Assembly (NCBI GenBank): GCA_024626585.2
Contig: JANKJI020000004.1
Location: 177,113,858-177,134,245, forward strand
DNA: 20,388 nt
DNA from: Ginkgo biloba
Taxonomy: Eukaryota; Plantae; Ginkgophyta
Reading direction: 5' to 3'
Program-made: the position numbers and the translations under genes
Shown: positions 1 to 10,790 of the stretch, piece by piece
Layout: the number at the start of each line of letters is the position of its first letter
Numbering within the stretch: position 1 is the first letter of the stretch
The notes under the pieces: generated by a model
What the model was told of the DNA's origin: nothing
Seen by the model: only the letters and a program-made list of their open reading frames with translations
Database searches by the model: none

Positions 1-1254
1 CTAAGAAAATTCAAGAACATAAAACTAAGCATGGTCCCATGCAATAACATCTGTACCAAAAAACAATGTGTCTCCTGTAGCAAAAAATGAAAACGATGGA
101 TAAAAAAGAAAAATGGAGGGAACGAAAATCGCCCAACCATGTGTTATTCCATCATGTTAATTCACAGGCACTAAGTCCAACCCTCCCTCTTTAGCAGCGG
201 TTAGAAAACACCATGCTACATAGTCAGAGCTTCATCGTTTGATGAGAAGATTCATTTTTTTTCCCTATAGCACTGAAATTTAGATTTCATGGGACTTATG
301 TTTCCTGATTAATTGTAGCTTAGTGGCCTCCATGGGACCTCCCTATTAGAGTGTCAAACTAAAGTGCAAAGTTTATTAAAGGTAATGAGTTTCTATTTTT
401 GTTTATGTTTAGCTTCCAATGAAAGTATGTCCTCTTTGTTATCAGAGTCGCAATGCTTCTATGTTCATCAAGCACTATTGCTATGCATGCGCTCAGACGT
501 TTCGATTTGGATTTGGGTTTGGTCTGTGTGAACTATTGTTGATGTGCATGCATTAGGGCATTTATGTTGGCATTCTTTATGTTGCCTAGCGTTTGCAATC
601 TACTATGTCCATGTGGTCTACGTTGGTTATTGGTTGTCATCTCCACCATTCTATGTGGTTGGTGGGTGAGATGTTGCCTTAGAGTTGGGTTGTGCATGTT
701 CTCCCACGTGTAAGGGCCATTGCTAGCATCGTGAGTTTCTCACCTACGATCTGCACCATTTGCTATGGTATTTGCGCATTAGGTCCCCTCCTAGCTACAC
801 TTTGTTGTGGTCTTTAGGCATCGCATCCCCTCCCAATGACACTCTCCAAAGTATCATAGGTCTACGTGTTGTTATGCCAGTGCATTATGGGTGTGACGTC
901 CTCTTGTAGCTACACTCTTCATACTTGCCATGGTCTACCATGTTGTATTTTGTGATGAAAACACTATTGGTTTTAATTAGTACTAGTCTGTTCCCATGGC
1001 AAATAATTGCCACATATTATTTTCTTATTTGTGTTCGATTGGTCAAATATGTGATNNNNNNNNNNNNNNNNNNNNNNNNNNNNNNNNNNNNNNNNNNNNN
1101 NNNNNNNNNNNNNNNNNATATTCATCTTCCGCTCCCATTCTATTTCTGTCTTCCATGTTGTTTGGTCAATCATTTTGTTTTCATCTCATTTCCATCTTTT
1201 GTTCTCATCACATTTCAATTTTCCATTCCATTAGATCAGTGAAAGTGAGTGTCA

Positions 1255-1610
1255 TTTTTAATGTATTACATATTATATATTACGTATAATTTGAAAGTGA
1301 AAAAATGGTTAGGCATGAATTAAAATCATTTTAAATGCATTATGTATTATTATTATATAATTTGAGAGANNNNNNNNNNNNNNNNNNNNNNNNNNNNNNN
1401 TGTATTATATATTATTATTATGCAATGGTAGAGGGCATTTTCAATTTATTATGCATTATTATCAAATTGGGCGAGGGATGCATTCGGACATGGGTTTTAC
1501 TTCAGGAAGGGTGGATATAGTTAAAAAGTAATTTTAATGTATTATATATTATTATTATGTAATGGTAGAGTGTATTTTCAATGTAATTATGCATTATTAT
1601 GAAATGACAG
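1255..1610. repeat. AT-rich degenerate direct repeats in SSII intron (probably non-autonomous DNA transposon remnant)
   Basis: A block of about 70 bp (tgtattatatattattattatg.aatggtagag...attttcaat...attatgcattattat) occurs at ~1401 and ~1538, with shorter copies at ~1256 and ~1328. Interleaved with masked N runs. Confidence 0.6.
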
Positions 1611-2334
1611 NNNNNNNNNNNNNNNNNNNNNNNNNNNNNNNNNNNNNNNNNNNNNNNNNNNNNNNNNNNNNNNNNNNNNNNNNNNNNNNNNNNNNNNNNN
1701 NNNNNNNNNNACTCTATTGCAACTCACTATCTAATCTGGGTAGAATGTGTCCTTCTGGAATCACAGCAGATGTAATCAGCTTCATTGTTTAAAAATTACT
1801 TGCAGACACTGTAGCAAGACACATCACACAACTGCTTTTAAAATAAAAAGGATTCCCTTAAGCTTAATGTTAGCATAATAACACCAGATTGGATGGGAAT
1901 ACAAACTCAAAACATCCATAGCTTTGGGCAATATATATTGTTTTCAAAGTTGTAGACCCCAATTACTCCCAGGAGGAGTGACACTGACAACCTTAATCAC
2001 ATCTAACTTGGATGCCAATGCTTATAAGCATTCTCGGAAAACAAAAGAGAAGGAAATCCAAAAATGGCAATCTGGAAGAAAGCAGGCAGACTTGCATCAA
2101 AGTTACCAACATTCCATATATGATGTAATGTACCAATATGCACAGCCTAAATAGTCCAGACGTTTACACTAATATTTCCCAGGATAATCTGATGGTTGTT
2201 ACACCCAAGAAAAATTAAGAATGGAAATCTCATAACAGTAAGATGGCATTTAGTGTCTAACAACTGCTTAGATAAGTGCAACTCACTGTTAGAACCTACT
2301 TGTCACTATGGATTCAAGATGAAAGAGGTTATAC

Positions 2335-2399
2335 CATCACTCTATGCCCACGCCGAGCCAAAGCCTTTGGTAGAGCACCGACCACATCACCCAATCCAC
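2335..2399 (-). CDS. SS2: Starch synthase II, 65-nt internal exon (GGLGDVVGALPKALARRGHRVM)
   Basis: Not in the ORF track; read manually. The minus strand reads ttttctaaag|GTGGATTGGGTGATGTGGTCGGTGCTCTACCAAAGGCTTTGGCTCGGCGTGGGCATAGAGTGATG|gtataa. The phase-1 start fits the donor at 2705 and completes the KTGGLGDV motif of GT5 starch synthases. Confidence 0.96.
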
Positions 2400-2704
2400 C
2401 TTTAGAAAAAAATCATTGGTCAGCAGTATTATGTGACAGCCTACTCCAGCTCCAACCTAGTGTCTAAGTAGAATGATTACGAAAAGACAATAATAACTAC
2501 CCAAGCTTCATATGCAAACATTTATTTAAAAGATAATAAATTAAACGTCCAATTACATTTCATCTGCTACATATAATGGAAAAGGAATTAAAACAATATG
2601 GGCAAAGGAAAGAAAGTGAATAAGTAATAGCTGTAGAGAAGAACATATGTAAAGCAAGCAATGGACAATATTGATAAGTACTGGAGGAAATAAACAGCAA
2701 ATAC

Positions 2705-3221
2705 CAGTTTTAGACCAAGGAGCACACTCGGCAGCTACCACAATGATATTCATCACATTAGGCCCAGCTAGTGGAGGGGGTTTTGCCTCAGCCATTCCAG
2801 AAGCTTCATCATCTTTCACATCCTCTTCGGATTTTGCTTCTGGTTCTTTCTCAGAAACCTGAACATCTTCATTTTTCAGTTCAGGAGGCAACACTACAGG
2901 TGTCGGTAAAGGTGTTGTTGATGGACTTGAGCGAAGGGATGCAGAAGACTGCCTTGAAAATTCCAATGCATCTGAGGTCCTTGTATCAGGTACAGATTCC
3001 AGTGATGCCTGATCTTTGGAGAAAAAATTTGCAGAAGCTGCACTTTCTGAAGGTATTTCTGCAAAGTTTGGGTCACCATTTTGCTCCATGGCCTCTTCTT
3101 CAATGTTGTCAGATTTCTGATCTTTTTCAGAATTATCATTCTCATCAAAAGCTTTGCCATTATTTGCTAAACTGCCAAAATTATCTTTAATAGATGAAAC
3201 AAGTTTCCTCCGGCCTGCAAT
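2705..3221 (-). CDS. SS2: Starch synthase II, large 517-nt exon (N-terminal extension plus start of catalytic domain)
   Basis: Translates IAGRRKLVSSIK...acidic/Ser-Pro linker...KPPPLAGPNVMNIIVVAAECAPWSKTG; both ends are characteristic SSII motifs. Acceptor atgcag|ATT at 3222-3223 (phase 0), donor ACTG|gtattt at 2704-2703 (phase 1). Confidence 0.94.
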
Positions 3222-6200
3222 CTGCATGTACCAATATTCAATGCCTGTTAAATTGGAAAAAAATGAAACAATAGTGAAACTACTAACTCTATTATTCAAC
3301 TACAATGAATCTATGCATTCAAGAATTGAAACAGTAACTAATTATTAGATGCTAACATAAATTTCTATCTACACGTACATCCAATAGTTATTAGCATCAA
3401 CAGGAGCCCTTCTGCAAGCACTAATAACTTCTGCAATGGTCTTGAATCACCAAAATTGTCCATCTTCTCATTTCATTCGCCAAGTATTTATACATCCTAT
3501 CATCATGCTCGTTTAACCATCCATAATTAACTGGAATAGTTAGAATTACATTATAATCATAAAATATAAATGTCAATCTTTTTAGTCACAGACTGACTAA
3601 ACAATATACCATATACCACTAACTCATAGTTACTAGTCACCAAGTGACTGGTAAATACATTTGAACTCGGTCACTAACATAGGCTAATTTACATGCACTA
3701 CAAGGAAAATAAATTCAGAAAAGGTAAAGCATGAATGTCATTAAGATGTTTGGGAGATTGATTTGATCTTGAAGCCATATTCCTTTTGTCAACAACCTTC
3801 AATGCCACACTCGCCAAATCGCCAAATTGTGATAAGCAAAATAGTCACTTATCACATTAATAGAAAAAAAAAATAATAAACTATGAATGCTAACATTATT
3901 TATTGCACCTCTTAAATTGGCATTACTATTGATAATTTAATATTTAATAATAAAAGTTGTGTTATTTATTATACCTTTCTAAAGAAAGAGGCAATAGATT
4001 CCCATATTTTGACCAACCTATCTCAATAGCATATGGCTAATCATTAATATATCTCTAATCTTGTTTTTCATTTTTCTATTTAAACATGTTAAAATAGGGA
4101 AGGGATTTGTCGTAATGCGACTCTTAATTTGTGTACAACTTTTGCCACTTGTCTTGATTATTTAATTATTTAAAAGTACTATCATCAATACAATGTCACT
4201 AAACACCTAGGATATATTTAGAGTGCAATTGTAGTGGACAATATGAACACTAAAAAACGATGTTATTTTTAATAATTCTACCACTTTAGACATATCTAGT
4301 CATTGTTTTTTCTCCATTCTATATAATTTGGCTTTTAAAATACAAGCTAAGCTTGAGGCTCATCCATAAGCAATACATTTTCTTGGACAAGTACTCTAAT
4401 AAATCCAAGAACAATACAACAAGAGTATTATTAGTGGACAATTAGCAAGACATAATTTCTAACTAGTTTTCTCTTGTAGATGAGATGGGCCTAAATGACA
4501 TAGCATTGTGGATGGTCCGACTCGGGCACAAAACCCTTTTCTTCCACTAATAGGTAGAGATTCATAAGCATTAAATGAGGACCAAGGTACTAGAGACTTG
4601 CTTCAAACTTTAGGCATAAACAAATGACTTCCCTTAATGAAGTCAATTCATAATGACCCACGAGGTTGTAAAGGTCAGGCCTCAATTGATTACTATAAAG
4701 ATAAAAGGATGTGATTGACATCAATGATTAATGAAGTGTTTATATGTTACAGGTTTTATGGACTATTGAGAGCCCCTTAAAGAGTAGTTATATAACCTTT
4801 GACTCAATTTTTGTGGTTGACTCTAAGCTCCTCTTGGGGGTTTTGAAGTAATTATACTTTTTTGTCATTTTTTTTAAGATAGTTCTTATTCTTATGTACT
4901 ATGAAAGGGTCAATTTTATTCTTTAAGGACATATCCTCACTTGTTATGTACTTTGTATTTTCATTGAATAAAAAAACAAAAATCACTTTCATTCTTATCT
5001 ATACTACTAAANNNNNNNNNNNNNNNNNNNNNNNNNNNNNNNNNNNNNNNNNNNNNNNNNNNNNNNNNNNNNNNNNNNNNNNNNNNNNNNNNNNNNNNNN
5101 NNNNNNNNNNNNNNNNNNNNNNNNNNNNNNNNNNNNNNNNNNNNNNNNNNNNNNNNNNNNNNNNNNNNNNNNNNNNNNNNNNNNNNNNNNNNNNNNNNNN
5201 NNNNNNNNNNNNNNNNNNNNNNNNNNNNNNNNNNNNNNNNNNNNNNNNNNNNNNNNNNNNNNNNNNNNNNNNNNNNNNNNNNNNNNNNNNNNNNNNNNNN
5301 NNNNNNNNNNNNNNNNNNNNNNNNNNNNNNNNNNNNNNNNNNNNNNNNNNNNNNNNNNNNNNNNNNNNNNNNNNNNNNNNNNNNNNNNNNNNNNNNNNNN
5401 NNNNNNNNNNNNNNNNNNNNCCACTTGATGTCAAATTAAAATAAATTGAAATAGGATCTTTGGTTGTTTCATATTGAATTCTATTAACATGTTTGTTAAG
5501 GTCAATTGAAATTAGGTAGAGTGTTTAGATTTTCCTCTCTTAAAATACCTGACAAGATCCGTTAAAGAAAACAATTGTGCTCTACTAATTAAATTTTAAA
5601 AATATATTGAATTCTAATATATTCAAAAATATATACCACCAAGGCCCAAACAAAGTTCAAATTTGAAGAGACGTACACCCTTCATAGATCAATTTCCATG
5701 TCATGAAATGACTTCAAATGTTTTTTCCTTCAAACAAAAGGCAAGGAGAATTCTATGGACTATATTTGGCCAATTGGGCCTATTTTTTATTTTTTACATG
5801 AATTTATTAATAAGAAAACAAATTCTATAAAGTGTTAGCCAATTTCTTATACATGGTTTTGAAATTTTTTATTCCATTCATAATTTTTTTTTAATAATTT
5901 TTAATAAAATAAAAATTCTCCATATGAATTTACACACATACATTCAATCTTCTATATTTAAAAGATTAGTCAACCTACTCTACTTGGCTCAAGATAATAC
6001 CATCTTAAAAATTTTCTCTTGTTAAAAGCAAAGGACCATAGAGATAAATTTATAACCCTTTTTTTTTTTATTTAAAAATAATTTGAACTAAAGGATTTTG
6101 CTAAAATGGCATTGGGGAATTCATGTTCATGGAAGCCCTTCAATGGAAGACAACAGAACTTTCATATTAAATTCAACGCCCCGGCCATTACAGTTGCCCT

Positions 6201-6435
6201 CACATTTTCCTAGTCCATAAGAGAATCACTGCACTAATGTTCCCAACGGGAAAGTTACGTAAACCTTAATCCTAGAAATATAATAATTATTGGGCATCCA
6301 ACACAAAATACGACCAGTCGTTAATCACAATCCTCAGGGTGCAGATGAACCTAGAGGGGCCTTCTATGTGGTGCCTAAAAATTATAGATTCTTCGAGAGG
6401 GCTTATGTTGTGTTATATCTGTGAGGAAGTGTCCA

Positions 6436-6512
6436 TGGTTCCTCAGGATTCGAACCTGCGACCGCCGTAAACGGCGACTAACCCAATCCACACGCCTAAA
6501 CGAGACGTCCAC
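6436..6512 (-). other. tRNA-like fragment (T-arm / Pol III B-box plus adjacent hairpin), not a complete tRNA
   Basis: CAGG-TTCGAAT-CCTG T-arm, preceded by hairpin CGCCG-TTTA-CGGCG; ends in ACCA. No acceptor-stem pairing and no clear A-box. Confidence 0.3.
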
Positions 6513-6731
6513 CCCACTTTGCCTTGAATTGGATTTGAAAATTTGAGTATTCATTGCAGATCGACTCTGGTTGAAAATAACATAATTAATCCCCATCTTG
6601 ATTAGAGAAAATCTTTCAAGCCCTAAGCTCCAACAAATGGTCCTCCTGTGATGCCCGGAACGTTTGCTTCTCTGGTTTAACTTTGAATATCTTCCCGATT
6701 TGTGGTTTTTTGTATCTATTTTCACCGTCAT
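6456..6731 (-). CDS. SS2: Putative first coding exon of SSII (transit-peptide-like)
   Basis: ORF MTVKIDTKNHKSGRYSKLNQRSKRSGHHRR... is R/S/K-rich with few acidic residues. Two phase-0 donors (TGG|gttagt at 6483; CAG|gttcga at 6456) would join in frame to the phase-0 acceptor at 3221 across an intron of about 3.2 kb. No conserved motif recognised, so the assignment is inferred. Confidence 0.42.
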
Positions 6732-6976
6732 TGAAATGGACGTCCTCTATATTAAAAGTCCAGTCTTCTCCCGAATAAAAATGCATGCAAGAGTTACAAT
6801 TCAGCCTGCACATTCAGAAATACCAAATTACCAGGGCGTTTAGGGTTCGAATTCGCTGGAAAACCAGAAATCAAGATTAAAGTGCAATATTACCTGAGAG
6901 AAACATTTACAGACTGCGTTTTAATTTCTTCGGGAACGTTCAAACCCGCGGCTATCTTCTCCGGAATTGACGCCAT
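6616..6976 (-). other. Candidate spliced upstream ORF (90 aa; exons 6976-6894 and 6805-6616)
   Basis: aacATGGCG start; donor CAG|gtaata (6893) and acceptor tgtgcag|G (6806) define an 88-nt intron. The spliced frame stays open: MASIPEKIAAGLNVPEEIKTQSVNVSLRLNCNSC...LLELRA*. Confidence 0.4.
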
Positions 6977-7176
6977 GTTCAAAATCGAGGTTCCTTCTTT
7001 AATTCAACCCCTAATTCACCTGTTAAATGAATCAATAAACAACACGAAAACCTACAGATAAGTCTTTACAAAGCTGCAAACACCACCAACGAAGCCAATA
7101 TTTTGAACTGAGACCGCTCTAACTCCTTACATATCACTGGACGATAAAACCAAAGATGCAAAAAACACAATCATAC

Positions 7177-7330
7177 CTTCAGGGGGGGAATTGGTGGCAG
7201 TACATCAAGGTGAGAGTAGACGCGTATTGCGCACTGACAGATAAGCGAGGGCAAGACTAGGTGAGCGGATTATTGGAAGTTGGCAGGATTCAAAAACCGG
7301 TGGCCGCTGCTGGTTTCGGTAACCCCGAAA
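7177..7330 (-). other. Candidate 5'UTR exon of the SSII transcript, with 8-aa uORF (7205-7179, MYCHQFPP*)
   Basis: C-rich, CpG-rich leader-like sequence ending in donor AAG|gtatga (7176). A U-rich 157-nt intron follows to acceptor ttaacag|G (7020). The upstream boundary is approximate. Confidence 0.4.
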
Positions 7331-7595
7331 AACAATATAAAACCAAAACGGTAATATTATTTGTTAATACTGAATTTTGGGGATTTTCAGTAAAGGAGCG
7401 GCAACAAGTCAATGATTTCGCCATGGTGACCAAAATCAATGCTTAGTATCGATTTTGAAGACTTTAGTGTTTTTCAAATGAAGAGTATTTTAAGGATGAA
7501 TTAAAATAAAATAATTTGAGGATGAATTCGATACAAAGAGAAGAGAGAGAGGCAATCAAAGAAGTTAAAGAAGGGTTTCTTAATTTCCAAGGTGC

Positions 7596-7887
7596 ATTGT
7601 ATAACCTAAAATAAATTTGGATGGTCAAATTTAGTCAAAACCTAAAATTGAATGGTCTTTTCAAGCACCACAGATTCCAAGGCGATTTGTACGACATGCA
7701 AACAATTTTGAACGGTCAAAATTGGTCCAAAGGCGGTCAAAGTGGACTATACAACCTGCAATCTGAAAAACCTGGCCAAATCTGTCAAAATCATTCAAAG
7801 TTAATCAAATCTGATTTGTACGGTGGTTTGCACGACCTGTACGGCCAAAACATAGATAAACAATATTCTGTACAGTCTATACAACCA
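7596..7887. repeat. Cluster of dispersed short repeats (consensus about tGTACrACCTG and ggtcaaa), transposon-subterminal-like
   Basis: tgtataacct, tgtacgacatg, tatacaacctg, tgtacggtgg, tgcacgacctgtacgg and tatacaacca recur within about 290 bp, several followed by ggtcaaa/ggccaaa. Confidence 0.5.
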
Positions 7888-7889
7888 TA

Positions 7890-8230
7890 ATAGAGGAACT
7901 CACTGGGAAGAACTATAACATCTGGAATCATCGAATACTAACCATATTTGAATACAAAGAGTTGGATGGTGTGGTAACAGGGAAGATCATGCGAAGCACA
8001 ACTGACGCTAATGAGCANNNNNNNNNNNNNNNNNNNNNNNNNNNNNNNNNNNNNNNNNNNNNNNNNNNNNNNNNNNNNNNNNNNNNNNNNNNNNNNNNNN
8101 NNNNNNNNNNNNNNNNNAATTGGAGAAATATTTTGAGAAACATGAATTAAATCTACTTTGTTTAAAATCACATCATTCCTAAATTTCCATATAAAAAAAA
8201 GATTCTCCAAATGCAGGATATGCCATATAT
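7890..8230 (+). mobile_element. Ty1/copia gag N-terminal remnant
   Basis: The frame reads IEELTGKNYNIWNHRILTIFEYKELDGVVTG, matching the copia gag 'L.G.NY..W...M...L....L...V.G' motif. After the N gap it continues degenerately (LEKYFEKHELNLLCLK) with stops. Confidence 0.75.
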
Positions 8231-9301
8231 TTTGGAACCCCACATCAAGATCATAAACATCACCCAAAAGGCACATATTATAGTCTAGACATTGAAACAC
8301 ATGACCAACTATAGCATACTCAAGTTGAAGCCAGATCGATTAAATTCTAAATAGGCCCAAAAGAGGTGAATCGATGATTCTTCCACATGATGAAAAGGGA
8401 AGGAAACTTATCAACCTAGCTTGGCCATGTGCCCTCTAAGGGGAAAACCATTATGGATTATTAGTGAAGCAACCACATTCATCTTACCTTCCACATTTAT
8501 TTTCTACATGAGACTATAACATTCTAACCAAGCTTGCAACGAGTCACTCTACTTCTAGATGTGGTTGCATATCTCTTTTAGATCAAAGTAGGGATTGAAC
8601 ACTTGATATAGGTTCTTGATCTTTAATTAGAGAAAGGGAATATTATTAATCCAAGTTTGATCATCCCACTATGGACTGGTATACCTTAAAATCCTTCCTC
8701 TTAACATCTTTTAGTTTTTAATCATTTGATTATTTCATTAATCGTGTTGTTTTGAAAGCATTGTGATAAGTTCAAAATTTATTATTAAAATATTAAGAAA
8801 AAATCATAAGCAACTAGAACCATTCAATAATAGAAGTTAAATGTTTCCTTGTGTGCCTCTATTGGTGTCCAAAGATTAGCTTAGTAATGAGGGTTAGGTC
8901 CTATCACAAAAGCACATTGTATTTTAAAAATCTAGTTTATGAAATAATTACTAAAATTAGAGGATTTTTTGGTTGAAAGTTTTAGAGGTTGTGATCATGT
9001 TAGATAACCACTTATTGATGTAAAAAGTTAGTTGTGCTTTTTACATAACACACAAAAATGGTATAATATTTATCTAGTATGTGGAATAAGTGTTTCTTGC
9101 CTAACATTAGGACAATAAGTAGGTTATTAAGAAGATATGAAAATAATGGCTAATAGAACCAAATGAGTAATGACAATTAACTTCACTTAAATGTAATCTT
9201 ANNNNNNNNNNNNNNNNNNNNNNNNNNNNNNNNNNNNNNNNNNNNNNNNNNNNNNNNNNNNNNNNNNNNNNNNNNNNNNNNNNNNNNNNNNNNNNNNNNN
9301 N

Positions 9302-10790
9302 TAACTTCTTTAGTAGTTATTTTTCTCATTTTCTTTCACTTTTTGACATGCATCCTAACAAGACCTCCCAAGGAAGAAGGATTCTTTCTTTTGGAGTGGT
9401 GATCTTTAGGGATGGATGACGAAGTGGTAGTATCTCCAACGATATTTTAGGGGGATTATTTTTCTAACTTATCTCTCTTAGTTCCACTTATAAGAGAATT
9501 GCACTAGACTGAANNNNNNNNNNNNNNNNNNNNNNNNNNNNNNNNNNNNNNNNNNNNNNNNNNNNNNNNNNNNNNNGATATGATCTATATAGGGTTCTTT
9601 TGAATCTAAGAGCTACTCTATAGATCCATATATCATAAATTCTAGGGACTTTTCTACCAAAGTAGAGTCCGAGTGAGGTGTTGCTATTCGAGAATGCCCA
9701 GGAGTATCCTCCCTTTCAAATGATCCAATAATTATTTCATATATGGGAGAAAATGAGAAAAAGGACTCTAGATAGAGGCCCATATTAGTGGTCTCTACTC
9801 TTTCTATGTCAGTCTTGGATGGTCTTATCTCTCCCGTGGATGAGTCAAGGACTGATATTCATGAAGATGGGAGTAGAATTAGGGAAGCTTAACCTTCACT
9901 TAATTTTGGTCTTACCAATGATAGTCCCTAAATACTCATACCTACCACCAAAGAAGGTATGATAAGGGGAGGTTAATAGAGAACCATCTTGGTTCCTATC
10001 CTCTTCTTAAATAAATGGGATAATTTAGCTAGGGATTTCCTCATTTCATATGTCAGTGAAATCATTTATCCAAGTTGTGTAGATAATTCTTTGATTTCCT
10101 ACCCTTTAGATCTAGTGAATTGTAAAGTATAGTCTTGGGAAACCTTGAATTTTCTAATTAAACCCTTTACTTATTGTGTTATTTGGGTGGACCTCATCTA
10201 CCTTTGGAAAGTGGTCTCTCTTTTCATGGATACCATTAACTCAAATATGATCAAATCCTCATATTGGCATTGTAACTCCACCTCTTTTTTCTACCACTAT
10301 ATAAGGTCTAGGACCTTGGCCATTTCTTGGTACCCTTCATCCAATAATATCCTCTTATTATTTAGTTGCTTATGTAGTGGTACTATCTTGGTCACTCATG
10401 CTTCTATACATTGATATAGATTTGGAAGAATTTTAATCTCTTTTTGTATTCATTCCTTGATTTTGAAAACACTTTGCCTTTCTTGGATAAATTGTCGCTT
10501 AGCATCGTTCACCTTCTAGGCTAGAATCATCCTCAACTTGTGAATTTCTTGGACATTACTAGTCATCTCCTAAACTTTATACTTGATTTATTCCTATAGG
10601 TTTCCTAGGACTTCCTCCTTACCTTGTAATTTCATTTTTAGAAGACCACATATGACCTGGAACATGGCATAGTTCATTTTAATTCTAAGAGTTTAGCTTC
10701 TTTGATGGATGAGGTTGGAGGGATTACTTTAGGACTTTTCCTTTTGTCTCAATAGATCTACACATGGATTAATATCCCTTCAAATTTCTA
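9302..10790 (-). mobile_element. Highly decayed Ty3/gypsy pol (RT to RNase H)
   Basis: Frameshifted minus-strand remnants in the correct order: EEDRNKM...TFF...M..GL (RT 'EDQ.KTAF..TFC..MPFGL', ~9920-10010), LLGI (~9700), YKWN (~9485), SLGGLV (RNase H start, ~9365). Many stops. Confidence 0.5.

Larger units (their letters stand above)
6170..7450 (-). promoter_or_regulatory. CpG-rich island: probable promoter and 5' region of SSII
   Basis: CpG dinucleotides are visibly abundant here but scarce in the flanking intron and TE DNA. It lies directly upstream of the SSII exons and contains splice signals in the same orientation. Confidence 0.55.

Noticed and set aside
430-950. Loosely repetitive block (tagctacact...ggtctac) as a distinct element
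   Set aside because: Probably TE debris, but no termini, fixed period or coding motif could be defined.
2017-2032. 16-bp palindrome AATGCTTATAAGCATT
   Set aside because: Short and AT-rich; plausible by chance in 20 kb, with no supporting context.
1-2334. Next SSII exon (VVAPRY...)
   Set aside because: Not found in the unmasked sequence; it presumably lies beyond the left edge.
2553-3299. 248-aa ORF as a complete single-exon gene
   Set aside because: Both ends are intron read-through; SSII homology and splice sites limit the exon to 2705-3221.
2196-3348. Plus-strand ORFs (2196-2405, 2276-2467, 2671-2862, 2771-3190, 3154-3348)
   Set aside because: Antisense shadows of the SSII exons with no independent support.
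4901-5434. Long ORFs spanning N runs (also near 925-1792, 17941-18482 and 19129-19383)
   Set aside because: Artefacts of masked sequence lacking stop codons.
6436-6512. Functional tRNA gene
   Set aside because: No acceptor stem, D-arm or canonical anticodon arm; only the T-arm fits.
7336-7342. TATAAAA as the SSII TATA box
   Set aside because: It is on the plus strand, opposite to the gene, and no divergent transcript is evident.
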